Below, piece by piece: positions 47,501 to 55,666 of a stretch of DNA of 64,000 nucleotides (the stretch's first letter is position 1; the number at the start of each line of letters is the position of its first letter). A program made the position numbers and the translations under genes. Origin of the DNA: a bacterium (GTDB lineage: Bacteria; Krumholzibacteriota; Krumholzibacteriia; G020349025); assembly GCA_031362565.1 (NCBI GenBank), contig JANLSU010000069.1, positions 62,419 through 126,418 of the forward strand. Reading direction: 5' to 3'. The notes beneath the pieces are model-generated. The model was not told the DNA's origin and did no database searches. It was given only the letters and a program-made list of their open reading frames with translations.

Positions 47501-49610
47501 GAGCGCCAGCGCGACCCCGATCAACGTCATCGTGACGCCGCCGACGATCACGTCGCCCATAGGCGGCGAGAGCTGGGCGCCCGGCTCGCAGCAAGTGGTG
47601 ACCTGGTCGGGTGACGGGCCGGTGGACATCACGCTCTTCGCGGACGTCACGTCGCAAGGCACGAGCCTGACCGGACCCTCCACCGTGCTCCGAACCGGCG
47701 CGACCGGGAACTCGGCGACGGTCACGCTCCCGGCGGACATCGCGACCACTCGAGCGCGTATCCAACTGAGCCGCACGGTGACCGGGACCACGTACTACAG
47801 CTTCAGTCCGAGTGCGTTCAAGATCGTGACCGTACCGAACGTGTGGACCTACGACGCCGTCGATACGCCGAATCACGGCTGGAACCAGTGCGACATGTGC
47901 TGGAACGGCGCCAATGGCCTCGACGCGGTATGGCTCGACTATCAGGGTGGCGAGGATCTGCGGCATGCGTCGCGGATCGATCGCACGCTGCCGTGGGTGG
48001 CGGAGGTTGTGGACAGCCAGGGCGCCGTCGGTTCGTGGCCGTCGATCGTCCGCGGCGCGGATGGGCGCTTGCATGTCGCGTACTACGACCACACGGTCGA
48101 CTTCTACGGCACCGGCGGTGGCGCCTACCTCTATTACAAGGTGCGAACCGCAGCCGGCGTATGGCAGCCGCGCGTGCAGGTGGGGCCCTACATCCAGGTC
48201 GTGCAAGGCGACTGCTCGATCGCGCTCGACAACGCCGGCGTGCCCGTCGTCGCCTGCAACTCCGGGAACTATCTCGGCTCGCCGAACTGGATGAAGCTCA
48301 AGGTCTACAAGCAGCAGCCCGACCAGAGCTGGCTCCAGTTCGGAGCCACGATCCCCGCCGAGTCGCCGCATCACATCACGCTCAAATCGGCACCCAGCAA
48401 TGTGTTCTGGGTCTCGTACATCGATCAGGGTGGGGCGCGACTGAACCTGTGGAAGTACAGCGGCGGCGCATGGGCCGTCTTCCCGGCGGTGTTCGCGTCG
48501 GGGCCGTACACCGATGTATCGCTGGCTCTGAACGCCAGCTCCAATCCGCAACTCGCCTACACCGTTCCGGGAACGGCGGCGCTTTCGCAGACCCTCGTCT
48601 TCCACCCGTGGTCGGCAGGGGGCGGTGGCTTCGCGATACCCGCACCGATCGATGTTTCGCTTGGCACGATCTCGAGCGTCTCGCTGACGTATGGCGCGAC
48701 CTACCCGCGCCTTGGGTATATCGGCAACGGTGTGGCGAAGCAGGCGACTGGCGTCTACTCGTCGAGCCAGTACCCCTGCGCCTGGACGAAGGAAGCCGTC
48801 GATGGCACCGGCAACATGGATTCGCAGGTCACACTCGTGGTCAACCCAAGCAACGATGAGCGGTGGTTCCTGTATCGGGACCTCACGGCACAGAGCCTGC
48901 GCTCGGCACGTTGGCTCGACACGACGCCGCCAGCAGCATCACAGTTTTTGAACCCGTCCGCCGGTTGCGACTCGATCTGGGTCGAGTGGCAGTCCACAGG
49001 CGATGACGGCAACGCCGGGGTCGCGGCGTCGTTCGATCTGCGTTGGAGCTCGGGACCGATCACGAACGACACGCAGTTCAACGGCTCGTCCGCTGTTCCG
49101 GCCGCTCTACCGCTCCCCGGACCGTCGGGTACGAACCACCGCATCGCGATCTACATGGGGCCATGCAGCTCACACTTCTATTTCGGCTTGAAAATCCGCG
49201 ACGATGCCGGCAACTTGTCGGCCCTGATCGGCGACCCGTGGGGCGCGCAAACGGCGTGCGTCCACTGGCCGCTCATGTGTGAAGACGCCGCGCACGAGGA
49301 ACGCGAGCCAGAGGCCGCGCCTTTGGTCACGGAGATCACGAGCCTGCGTCCGAATCCGACTTTCGCCTCGGTCGACGTGCAGGTGGCACTGGCGAAGGCG
49401 GATGCCGATGCGGCGATCGATCTCTCGGTCTTCGACGTCGCGGGACGGCGCGTGATGACGTTGCGCCACTCGAACCCGGGCATGGGCCGGCACGCAGTGA
49501 CGTGGGATCTGCACGACACGACGGGACGTCGGGTGAGCGCTGGAATCTACTTCGTCCGCCTGAAGGTGGCGTCGAAGACGTTGATTCAGCGCGTGGTGGT
49601 CATGCGGTAG
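44574..49610 (+). CDS. Large secreted multidomain protein (beta-propeller-like repeats, FN3/Ig-like modules, FlgD-like CTD)
   Basis: GGAGG RBS and signal peptide ending PARAA. Repeats W.D.R....DIYAQ. DTTPPAA...WQSTGDDG...FDLRWS module. CTD PNPT...VFDVAGRRV...WDL...SAGIYFVRL. Confidence 0.9.
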   Translation: MIARQTSPVAGSTSNRSGPAFLRIVIAMCLCVGLFAAPARAACPDGTPLVSGSMSRAFPDGANGGYVVWFASNHLNAQRVDNTGRVVSGWPAGGVQVTSQNLTTLEPSQFNATKDSNNRLVVVWATNATGTSKVKAQRITSAGALEWGVDGKNVITGTVWEERPAIAADAIGGVFIAFQVSQSGSPDACTQRFDTNGTPMLAAGKVVCNATGDQYEVRVAHTGNTFAVVCWTDRRNGINEDIYAQSLDSNLNTLMPTNGSVMIQGAGRQHNPVIAGANFGHAYIFCTDERAGVAGRADLYGQHIINNATANWAAGGRYIAGASPYFVTPTGIDAHTDNTKGVLVTLYLSNGGGGQYYLYAYRIYPDGQLYPNYNPAYAGLTHYKNDVSMIGDGQGGFISSWSDNRAGNMDVYAVKYLPGSGPASGWTANGTVLCAVTGNQTETSVTNAASGGALVTWTGSTGVVEQIVSSGGAISTVPPTPSGVAATDCPVGSAGVTVSWNDICGETEYRILRDGVQVGTVGTDVTSWLDPADGSPPPGNYTYCVRSYRVNGGESPGACDSGCMPVPPPPAGFTEQTLPTSAVSGLAFSPQQKPSVIYAAPSTNRPQYAVRANNTWTVSQIEDLPAYAIAVAIDAASNPHVIYLDRSGADPSLRPLRYAKRTGAGPWVPEPVDPTVQGFSPTTTSDLALDASGTPWVAYADDDGSIRVAWRGVSGGWTVEQAAVGGARGEEAVSLAISPAGNMVVSYYHSILQQFFCCIRLGTNNWTREPVDSSPNLSSIAGTVRINSSGQPVIAYFVPGTDQLKIATRTGTNVWSYQNVLGGLSPTTGVNPRLDIDAAGNLHVVYNNWGTQHKWYGKRTGPSQWSHQLLDPALPADWHFVRVSPGGKARIATGSHYWDSAWEIVSPVNGATWPAESSQLVSWAGTGTATVEARMNPASSFQTLASNVAADEATVTVPAWVTSNAEVRVSRISPAASASATPINVIVTPPTITSPIGGESWAPGSQQVVTWSGDGPVDITLFADVTSQGTSLTGPSTVLRTGATGNSATVTLPADIATTRARIQLSRTVTGTTYYSFSPSAFKIVTVPNVWTYDAVDTPNHGWNQCDMCWNGANGLDAVWLDYQGGEDLRHASRIDRTLPWVAEVVDSQGAVGSWPSIVRGADGRLHVAYYDHTVDFYGTGGGAYLYYKVRTAAGVWQPRVQVGPYIQVVQGDCSIALDNAGVPVVACNSGNYLGSPNWMKLKVYKQQPDQSWLQFGATIPAESPHHITLKSAPSNVFWVSYIDQGGARLNLWKYSGGAWAVFPAVFASGPYTDVSLALNASSNPQLAYTVPGTAALSQTLVFHPWSAGGGGFAIPAPIDVSLGTISSVSLTYGATYPRLGYIGNGVAKQATGVYSSSQYPCAWTKEAVDGTGNMDSQVTLVVNPSNDERWFLYRDLTAQSLRSARWLDTTPPAASQFLNPSAGCDSIWVEWQSTGDDGNAGVAASFDLRWSSGPITNDTQFNGSSAVPAALPLPGPSGTNHRIAIYMGPCSSHFYFGLKIRDDAGNLSALIGDPWGAQTACVHWPLMCEDAAHEEREPEAAPLVTEITSLRPNPTFASVDVQVALAKADADAAIDLSVFDVAGRRVMTLRHSNPGMGRHAVTWDLHDTTGRRVSAGIYFVRLKVASKTLIQRVVVMR

Positions 49611-49643
49611 GAAAGTGGCGCAGCGACGGCTAGAGGAACGAAT

Positions 49644-49676
49644 GGCGGCGGCGCGTCAGGAGGCGCGCCGCCGCCG
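49644..49676. terminator. Bidirectional terminator-like hairpin
   Basis: GGCGGCGGCGCG-loop-CGCGCCGCCGCC followed by GTTT, between convergent genes. Confidence 0.65.
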
Positions 49677-49695
49677 TTTGGGGCACCCATTCGAT

Positions 49696-50868
49696 CTATG
49701 GCTTCACCACAAACGCCGCCGACGCGCGAGTGGTATCCCAGTCGAGATTGAGGACGCCGCCTTCAGGGGTCGGCTCGAGGCTGATCGTGAACTGCTCCAC
49801 CGTTTGCGGCAGCGCCGTCATCTTCATGTCGATCGTGTAGACATCTTTTGCAGCGTTGTGCGCCGTGCCCCACTGGCCGGTTTCGCTGTTGACGATGAGC
49901 TTCCACCCAGCAGCGGAGGGCACCGTCCAGAGCGTGTAGAAGCCCGCCGGCACGACCGTGCCGCCAAAATCGAGCCCCTTGTCGGTCTTGAACTGGGTGG
50001 CGGCGTTGGCGCCCGTTCGCCAAACCGCACCGAACGGGACCAACCCGCCGAACACGGCGCGCCCGCGCTTCCGCGGCCGCCCATAGTCCACCCAAAGCTT
50101 TGCACCGCCGCCGCTCGCGACTTCGACTGTGTCGCGCGGCGACAGGATGCCGAGCCCGCCGCCCGACTTCTCGCGTGCCAAGAACGACACTGCCATTGCG
50201 TTCACGTCGAGCGCCGGGACCCGATTCACCGTGAATTGCCCCGTTCCGGCGATCGGCTTGACCGCGAGAAGGTGACCGGTTTTGTCGATCCGCACCTCGA
50301 AGACATCGCCGCGCTCGTTCGATACGTTGACCGTACCATCGGCCTGCTTGCGGAATCGAATCTTGAGCGCCGACGGCGCGCCGAGAAAGTGTTGGCTGCC
50401 AACCAGGCTGTCGGATTTGCTCTGAATGAGTTTCATGATCTGGGCTTCGTAGCCCGACCAAGGGCTCGCACTTGGGACCAGGAAGGTCCCCGCCGGCCAG
50501 GCGATGCTGGATCTCTTGACCGGCTGACCGAGGGTGCGCGTTTCCGTGCGCATCGAATCCGCGGCGACTGTGCTCTCGACCACCTGCGTCGGCGTTGTCT
50601 CACCGGGTGGAGTCACGACCATCGAGAAATGTGTCAGCGCGCCGTTCGTGTAGTCGTACACGAAGTGCCGGCGCTGCAACCGCGGCGTGCGTCCGCACTG
50701 GTCCACTTCGACCCGGTTCTCCGTCCGCGTGTAGCTTTCGACGCTCGTCGTGTCCCGTCCGAGCTGCACGATGAGATTGGCGGTGTCGCCCGAAGCGATG
50801 GCGCCGCTCGTCATGAGCGCGAGCAAGACGGGGGCAAGCGACACGATTGCAATTCGTTTCGACCGCAT
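49696..50868 (-). CDS. DUF2911 domain-containing exported protein
   Basis: LSPRDTV...VDYGRPRKRGRAVFGGLVPFGAVWRTGANAAT...GQWGT...WD.T. Confidence 0.88.
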   Translation of the reverse strand: MRSKRIAIVSLAPVLLALMTSGAIASGDTANLIVQLGRDTTSVESYTRTENRVEVDQCGRTPRLQRRHFVYDYTNGALTHFSMVVTPPGETTPTQVVESTVAADSMRTETRTLGQPVKRSSIAWPAGTFLVPSASPWSGYEAQIMKLIQSKSDSLVGSQHFLGAPSALKIRFRKQADGTVNVSNERGDVFEVRIDKTGHLLAVKPIAGTGQFTVNRVPALDVNAMAVSFLAREKSGGGLGILSPRDTVEVASGGGAKLWVDYGRPRKRGRAVFGGLVPFGAVWRTGANAATQFKTDKGLDFGGTVVPAGFYTLWTVPSAAGWKLIVNSETGQWGTAHNAAKDVYTIDMKMTALPQTVEQFTISLEPTPEGGVLNLDWDTTRASAAFVVKP

Positions 50869-51027
50869 GATTTCGGCTCCAGGAGCAAAGGGGCTGACGC
50901 GCTCACCGGCGAGAGGTGTAGGAAGGGTGCGGCAATCGACACCATTTGGCTACGGGGTGCACATCGACGGAGCCCGTGGGCACAGGGATTTCGGGCGCAA
51001 TCCAATACCGTCGCATGACTCCGGGCC

Positions 51028-51570
51028 TCAGTGCAGTGGCACAGGCCCGGCGTTCTCCGGGCCGTGACCCCGGAACATGCCGATGAAATCGTCGATCCGA
51101 TTCTGCGCGTAGCTCGGGAGGCGAAGGCGATGCGTCCACGCGGTCAGGATCACGGGATAGACCGCATCGTTGCGGGGCACGACGACCACTGGGGAAAAGG
51201 ACGCCGCATAAGCGGCGGCGCGGGCCCGAAGAGTGTCGAGCTGCGCCGTGGTCAACGCCGGCGCGTTGTAGTAGATGACAACGCCGCCGTGCTCCAACGA
51301 GTGGACGAGATACCCGGACGGGATCACGGTATCGTAGAACCCGCCGGGCCACGCGGTGGGCCAGTGAGTGCCGGAAGTCGGTGGATCGGTGTTGTAGGTG
51401 ACCGGAGTTCCCTCCGCTACGTGCAACTGTCCTTCGCTCGGGAACGTCTCGACCTGCGGTTCGGGTGGCCCGATGATCGTCTGCTTGTGGTCGCCACACG
51501 ACACGATCGCGAGCGCGGAGGCAAACACGAGTCCCGCCCGACGCATCCACGAGCGAAGTTCACGATTCAC
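51028..51570 (-). CDS. DUF3105 domain lipoprotein
   Basis: Lipobox IVSC and YNTDPPTSGTHW...LVHSLEHGGVVIYY...LTAW...GPE. Confidence 0.85.
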   Translation of the reverse strand: MNRELRSWMRRAGLVFASALAIVSCGDHKQTIIGPPEPQVETFPSEGQLHVAEGTPVTYNTDPPTSGTHWPTAWPGGFYDTVIPSGYLVHSLEHGGVVIYYNAPALTTAQLDTLRARAAAYAASFSPVVVVPRNDAVYPVILTAWTHRLRLPSYAQNRIDDFIGMFRGHGPENAGPVPLH

Positions 51571-51666
51571 GGTGCCACCTTTCGACAAGAATGGTCCAGC
51601 GCATCCGGACAAGCATAGCAGGCGGTGGCGGGATAGCGGCACTGCACCATCGGCGCCGCGAGCAGG

Positions 51667-52904
51667 TGGGACGCGACACAACCGTTCTGGTCGCCCGACG
51701 GTCGCTCGCTTGGCTTCTTCGCCGCCGGCAAGCTCAAAAAGATCGCGCTCGGCGGGGACGATGCGGAGATTCTCTGCGACGTGCGGGTCGCGCGCGGTGG
51801 CGCCTGGAGTCGCGACGGCGTCATTCTCTTCGCCCCGAATTCGAACGGACCGCTCTTCAAGATTCCGGCCAATGGCGGCGAGGCGACCGCGGTGACTCGC
51901 GTCGACTCGACCCGCCACGAGACGGCGCACCGGTTTCCACGCTTCCTTCCCGATGGGCGTCACTATCTTTTCAGCGTTCTCGGCAAAACGGGGCGCGTGA
52001 CCGTGGTCGCCGGCGCGCTCGGTGACACGACCCGCAAGGAGGTCTGTGTCGCCGATGTCGGCGCCGCCTACTCACCGAGTGGTCATCTGCTTTTCACACG
52101 CAACGGTGTACTGTCCGCCCAACACTTCGATTTCGGCTCGTTGCAGCTGTCGGGAGAACCACTCTCGCTCGGCGACGCTGTGCCGCCGCCGGGGGCGAAC
52201 GGCGCGCCGATGGTTTCCGTCGCGGAGGATCGGACGTTGGCCTATATGTTCGTTCCACCTCCCAGAACCCGGATGGCGTGGTTCGACATGGGCGGGCATG
52301 AGGTCGCGCAGGTACCCATCGCGCCCGGAAGCTACGCCGGCGTGAGCTTGTCCCCGGACGGGCGTTCGGCGCTGGTCAACCATCAGAAGTCAGTCACCGA
52401 GAGCGAGCTGCTGGTTGTGGATCTCGAGCGCGGCACGACGAATCGCATCTCCAATGAGAAGGTGGTCGAGAACTTCTCATGGGCACCGGATGGCAAGCGC
52501 GTGGCATACATCGACGGCAGTGGCGGACCGCAGAGCATCATCGTCGCCCTCGCCGACGGGAGTGCGCCCGGCGAAATCGTCATGCCGGTCAACGGCTTCC
52601 CACGCCGGGCCGCCGTTACCAGATCACCAGGGACGGCACCGGAATCCGTGGTTGGAAGGCCGATGGGAAGCTGCTCCGGCTCGGGCCCACTTCGAACCCA
52701 ATGGTGCGTGCCGTCGACGTTCTTGCCGGACAGGATTTCCAGGCCGGTCCTCCGCGGGTCCTCGGCAAATTCCCGGACGGAATCTTCGGCGTCGACCTCG
52801 ATCGCGCCTGGTCGCGATCAATCGTGATCGTGCCGGCGGTGGGCCAGCCGAAGGCGACGATCCGCATCGTGCTCGACTGGGATGCGATGCTCGCGAAGCG
52901 GTGA
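51667..52904 (+). pseudogene. Kinase-less, internally deleted remnant of a PD40-propeller kinase gene
   Basis: Begins mid-propeller (TQPFWSPDGRSLGFF) with no start, kinase or TM region. Frame switch near 52595 to PTPGRRYQIT...IVLDWDAMLAKR*, which matches the ends of the intact paralogues. Confidence 0.8.
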
Positions 52905-52956
52905 GCGAGGACGAGCTTTCACAGGACATCGCCACCGGCGTGGGTTCAGCCCGCGT

Positions 52957-53214
52957 TCATCGGCTTGCGCTCCGTTTGCTTACCGCTGCTGGTCGCTCGC
53001 TTTCTGCTTGCTCCGGCTCAAACCGGAGAATGTCGCCAGGCTGGCACGAGACCGCCTCGCAGATCGCCTCGAGCGTCGAGAAGCGGATGGCGCGCGCCTT
53101 CCCGGTCTTGAGGATGGAGAGATTGGCGAGCGTCATTCCGACCCGATCCGCGAGCTCGGTCAGCGTCATCCGCCGATCGTGGAGGATGTCGTCGAGCTTG
53201 ACGGCGATCGCCAC
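52957..53214 (-). CDS. Cro/C1-type HTH regulator (YozG/HTH_26-like)
   Basis: MAIAVKLDDILHDRRMTLTELADRVGMTLANLSILKTGKARAIRFSTLEAIC...CQPGDIL. Confidence 0.9.
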   Translation of the reverse strand: MAIAVKLDDILHDRRMTLTELADRVGMTLANLSILKTGKARAIRFSTLEAICEAVSCQPGDILRFEPEQAESERPAAVSKRSASR

Positions 53215-53215
53215 G

Positions 53216-53743
53216 TCACACCGTCCCTTCGAGGTCGTCGCGCATGCGCGTGCCTTCGGCGAAAACGCGAGCCAACAGGAACGTGAGGAGTACGGCGAGC
53301 CAGCCGTTGATCGAAAAACCGGCATCAAGATGCACCGGATGCGCCGGAGTTGAAATGGACTTGGCGATCGCGCCGATGACGAGGCTGGCAAGCTGCAGCG
53401 CGAACAGCGCCCAGGCGATCGCCTGCAATCGGGAGGCGTTTGCGGCGACGAACGGCTCGCCGGCGCGAACCGTCTCGACGATCGCGAGCAACCGTTTAAG
53501 GACGAAGTAGTTCACCGGGATCAAGGCGAGGCCGATCACCGCGATCGCGCGCAGGCCCATGATCACCCGCTCGGTGTCGGGTGAAGGAAGAATTCCGAAC
53601 GCGCTCATGATCCATTGCCTGTTGGGCATGACGACCAGCAGAGCGAGGATCGCTACGCCGGACAGCCAGTTCGCGACGATGACGATCCGCAGCGCGGCGT
53701 GGGCGATCGGCAGCGCAGCGGATGACGAAGCTGAATTTGACAT
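53216..53743 (-). CDS. DUF2975 family membrane protein
   Basis: GEPFVAANASRL...LARVFAEGTRMRDDLEGTV, the typical partner of the downstream HTH gene. AAGGAGG RBS. Confidence 0.9.
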   Translation of the reverse strand: MSNSASSSAALPIAHAALRIVIVANWLSGVAILALLVVMPNRQWIMSAFGILPSPDTERVIMGLRAIAVIGLALIPVNYFVLKRLLAIVETVRAGEPFVAANASRLQAIAWALFALQLASLVIGAIAKSISTPAHPVHLDAGFSINGWLAVLLTFLLARVFAEGTRMRDDLEGTV

Positions 53744-53760
53744 GATTCACGACCTCCTTG

Positions 53761-53821
53761 ATATCGATCATTAATAAAGTATTTATCGATTATCGTCAAG
53801 TTAAATATTGATATTCGATAT
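53761..53821. promoter_or_regulatory. Three 17-bp operator-like imperfect palindromes at 22-bp spacing
   Basis: ATATCG-atcat-TAATAA (53761), TTATCG-attat-CGTCAA (53783) and ATATTG-atatt-CGATAT (53805). A minus-strand TTGACG -35 box lies in box 2. Confidence 0.65.
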
Positions 53822-53915
53822 TAAGGCCTCCCGACCAGTCTTACGGCGGGACGACCTGCTCCCACGGGTATTGGCGACGACGCGAGCGACACCAGGGGTC
53901 CAAGTCGCGACTCCG

Positions 53916-54060
53916 TCACGGACCCGGCTCGACCCCCCGCACGGGGCGGGTCCCTGGATCGGCGAAACGGGACAGGGCGGGGTGGTGCAGGCTCGTCCGA
54001 AACTCGACGATCTCGAAGGCCGCCAAGCCCTCGCGGACGAACGGATCCCGTTGGATGAAA
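53916..54060 (-). pseudogene. YciI-like C-terminal remnant
   Basis: FIQRDPFVREGLAAFEIVEFRTS...GP*, with no matching start upstream. Confidence 0.5.
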
Positions 54061-54126
54061 GAGCCTCGTGGCCTCGGAAGGGCCCCGCACCAGACAACGG
54101 GAACAGCCTTCCTCTACAAATTGCGG

Positions 54127-54161
54127 TTGACAACTAATCAAGTAATCTATAGAATATTTGA
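54127..54161 (+). promoter_or_regulatory. Sigma70 promoter with an ArsR-type inverted-repeat operator
   Basis: TTGACA (54127)-17nt-TAGAAT (54150). Inverted repeat TCAAGTAATCTA|TAGAATATTTGA at 54138-54161 has 10/12 symmetric positions. Confidence 0.8.
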
Positions 54162-54163
54162 CT

Positions 54164-54847
54164 ATGGAGACTGAAGCCTCACATCGCGTTTTCAAGGATC
54201 GCCTCTACGGGCAGTTCGCGCGCATCGGCAAGGCGCTCGCCAACCCTCACCGTCTGGAGCTCCTGGAGCTGCTGGCTCAGGGTGAGCGGACCGTCGAGTC
54301 GCTCGCAATCGAAATTGGTGTTTCGATGGCGAACGCGTCTCAGCACCTTCAGTCGCTTCGCGACGCGGGCCTCGTTGAAAACCGCAAGCAAGGACTTTAT
54401 GTCCACTACCGCCTCGCGGACGAGTCGGTGTTCATTCTCTCAAAGGGGCTTCGCACGGTGGCTGAGCGCCGGCTCGCCGAGCTGGAGCGCCTCGTTCGCG
54501 AGCACTTCGGCGATCGATCGGACCCCGAGCCGGTACGTATGGAAGATCTCCTCGCGCGCGCCCGATCGGGGCTGGTCGTAATCCTCGACACTCGACCGGC
54601 GAGCGAATACGTCGCGGGCCACATCGCTGGTGCGCTGTCGGTACCAATCGACGATCTCAAAAAGAGACTCAGGCGACTCCCCAAGGGGAAGGAGTATGTC
54701 GCGTACTGCCGTGGACCCTATTGCGTGTATGCAGATCGTGCTGTGGAACTCCTTCGCAAGAGTGGGCGCAACGCCCGCCGCCTTCTAGACGGGTTTCCCG
54801 AGTGGAAGGCTGCGGGGCTCCCGGTGGAGATCGAAGTCGAGGAATGA
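54164..54847 (+). CDS. ArsR-family regulator fused to a rhodanese domain
   Basis: KALANPHRLELLELLAQGERTVE...SQHL, then LDTRP.SEY..GHIAGA and YCRGPYC. Confidence 0.92.
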   Translation: METEASHRVFKDRLYGQFARIGKALANPHRLELLELLAQGERTVESLAIEIGVSMANASQHLQSLRDAGLVENRKQGLYVHYRLADESVFILSKGLRTVAERRLAELERLVREHFGDRSDPEPVRMEDLLARARSGLVVILDTRPASEYVAGHIAGALSVPIDDLKKRLRRLPKGKEYVAYCRGPYCVYADRAVELLRKSGRNARRLLDGFPEWKAAGLPVEIEVEE

Positions 54848-54913
54848 GCATCGACATGTCGTTGGTCCGTGGCGAGGCACCCGGGACGGCGGAGTTGTGA
54901 GGGAGGCTGGACG

Positions 54914-55666
54914 ATGATTTTTCGACCCTCTTACTACTTCGAGACTGGCTGCGCCGCGTACCTCTTCGGCTGCGGCACGCTGGGCAAATGCACCGTCGTT
55001 GATGCGCACGAGGAAGACGTCGACGCCTACAAGGCCTTCGCGGCCTCGAAAGGCATGCAGATCACCCACGTCATCGACACGCACATCCACGCTGACCACC
55101 GATCGGGTGGACCGCTGCTCGCCCGCCAGACCGGTGCGAAGTACCACCTGCACGAATCGGCGAACGTTGACCTGTCGTTCGAGCCGCTACGCGACGGCGG
55201 CGTGGTCGAGCTCGGCAACACACTGGTCAGGGTGATTCACACCCCCGGACACACGCCGGAGAGCATATGCCTCGTCGTGACGGACCTGAAACGAGGCAAG
55301 GAGCCGTGGTTCGTGCTCACGGGCGACACGCTTTTCGTCGGAGCCGTCGGGAGGCCCGATCTTCCGGGCAGAGCGCGCGAGAATGCCGCCGATCTCTATG
55401 CAAGCATCCACGAGAAACTCCTCACGCTTCCCGGAGATATCGAGATTTTTCCCGGCCACTTCTCGGGCTCGGTCTGCGGTTCCGGCATGAGCGGTAAGCC
55501 TTCGAGCACCATCGCATTCGAAACGAGATGGAATCCAATGTTGGGTCTCGATCGCGCGGCGTTTATCGATGCGCTGGCGGACGTACGTCCAAAGCCTGCC
55601 GCGATGGATCAGGTCGTCTCGTACAACCGGGGGCAGGCGCCAAGCGACGGCCGAGCCGAACGATGA
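54914..55666 (+). CDS. MBL-fold metallo-hydrolase (persulfide dioxygenase/glyoxalase II-like)
   Basis: DTHIHADH, HTPGHTPE, TGDTLFVG.VGRPDL and PGH..GSVCG. GGAGG RBS. Confidence 0.9.
   Translation: MIFRPSYYFETGCAAYLFGCGTLGKCTVVDAHEEDVDAYKAFAASKGMQITHVIDTHIHADHRSGGPLLARQTGAKYHLHESANVDLSFEPLRDGGVVELGNTLVRVIHTPGHTPESICLVVTDLKRGKEPWFVLTGDTLFVGAVGRPDLPGRARENAADLYASIHEKLLTLPGDIEIFPGHFSGSVCGSGMSGKPSSTIAFETRWNPMLGLDRAAFIDALADVRPKPAAMDQVVSYNRGQAPSDGRAER

Noticed and set aside
54845..55666. Further Sec read-through at the TGA stops of the ArsR-rhodanese and MBL genes
   Set aside because: Both proteins appear complete at their stops, with no Cys-motif context. The MBL stop is a normal ATGA coupling.
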